DNA of 63,897 nt, the filler included, from Ministeria vibrans ATCC 50519 (Eukaryota > Protista > Filasterea), in assembly GCA_943704425.1 (NCBI GenBank). It is 11 parts of 11 records of this genome, joined end to end, with 100 filler letters (N's around TTAATTAATTAA, not from the genome) between each part and the next. Parts side by side here need not be neighbours in the genome. Positions count along the whole stretch, not along the records: positions 60,678 to 63,897 come from CALSCP010001646.1; 10 more parts are not named here. The stretch is one strand, 5' to 3'. The position numbers and the translations under genes are program-made. Each line of letters begins with the position of its first letter. Within the stretch, counting starts at the first letter, position 1. The notes beneath the pieces were generated by a model. The model saw only the letters and a list, made by a program, of their open reading frames with translations. It was not told where the DNA came from and ran no database searches. Shown one piece after another: positions 63,418-63,897 of the stretch.

Positions 63418-63698
63418 TCAGAGTAGGTGTAATCTTCGAACTTCTTTGAACTATGAAAAGTTGCATTGAGTGAGTTTTGTGTAGGTTTGTGTCACATTGA
63501 GTGTATCTTCACCTGTTGTGGCAGCTCCATCAGTGCATTCAATGCAAACGATGCTTCTTCACACTCGGGCTATTCACAACAATAACAATACCCCAGGATC
63601 AATTCATCGGTCTCCTTTCGCTCGGCTTTTTTTTCATACCCGACACTTTCGCATGAGCTGATGGAAATTGACAAATTGCAGATTATCGAACTTGCGCG
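63418..63698 (-). CDS. RGLG/copine-type VWA protein, last three exons
   Basis: Exons 63698-63640 RKFDNLQFVNFH, 63569-63513 EASFALNALMELPQQ, 63450-63418 FKEVRRLHLL*; matches the FDNFQFVNF..FALxALMEIP motif. Confidence 0.8.
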
Positions 63699-63897
63699 CT
63701 ACGAAGAGAGAGGAGAAAGAGATGAAGGAGGGAGAAAGAAACAAAGTGATAGAGAGAGAAAAGAGGGGAAAAGAAACAAAGTGATGGAGAGAGAGAAAAG
63801 AGGGAAAAAGAAACAAAGTGATAGGAGAGAGGGGGAGTTACAGAGATGAACAAAAGATATGAAAATGGGTTTTACATTCCAAATGGTCGTCATAATG

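Overview
Intron-rich, microsatellite-laden nuclear DNA of a unicellular eukaryote (probably flagellated, from a TMEM218-like gene), with the standard genetic code and GT-AG introns. The window is not contiguous: 11 contigs are joined by artificial 100-bp N44-TTAATTAATTAA-N44 spacers, and at least one pair is misordered (a myosin I gene is split). Recognisable genes: Roco LRR-ROC-COR, PA2G4 (5' part), myosin I, a large CgeB-like glycosyltransferase fusion, TOM40, TMEM218, MIS12, a clan-CD caspase-like fragment, a PAS fragment, RPL9, RPS12, rabenosyn-5, a WD40 protein, RAD5/HLTF, DENND10/FAM45, a ~19x TSP1 receptor, a Rac-like GTPase, a GT92 enzyme, Ro60, SURF6, HSPA14/Ssz1 and an RGLG/copine 3' end. 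Four observations stand out. (1) Three clustered paralogs at 44.4-50.3 kb share an unrecognised ~150-200 aa domain, the same micro-first-exon structure and NLS-like basic patches; two also share poly-Asp tails and a C-terminal motif. (2) An intronic C/D snoRNA in RPS12 carries the SNORD100-type guide, matching the host gene used in humans. (3) The whole spacer between convergent genes is tandemly duplicated at two loci. (4) Bacterial-type CgeB and secreted-enzyme genes have acquired spliceosomal introns. All family assignments come from motif recognition by eye; no searches were run.
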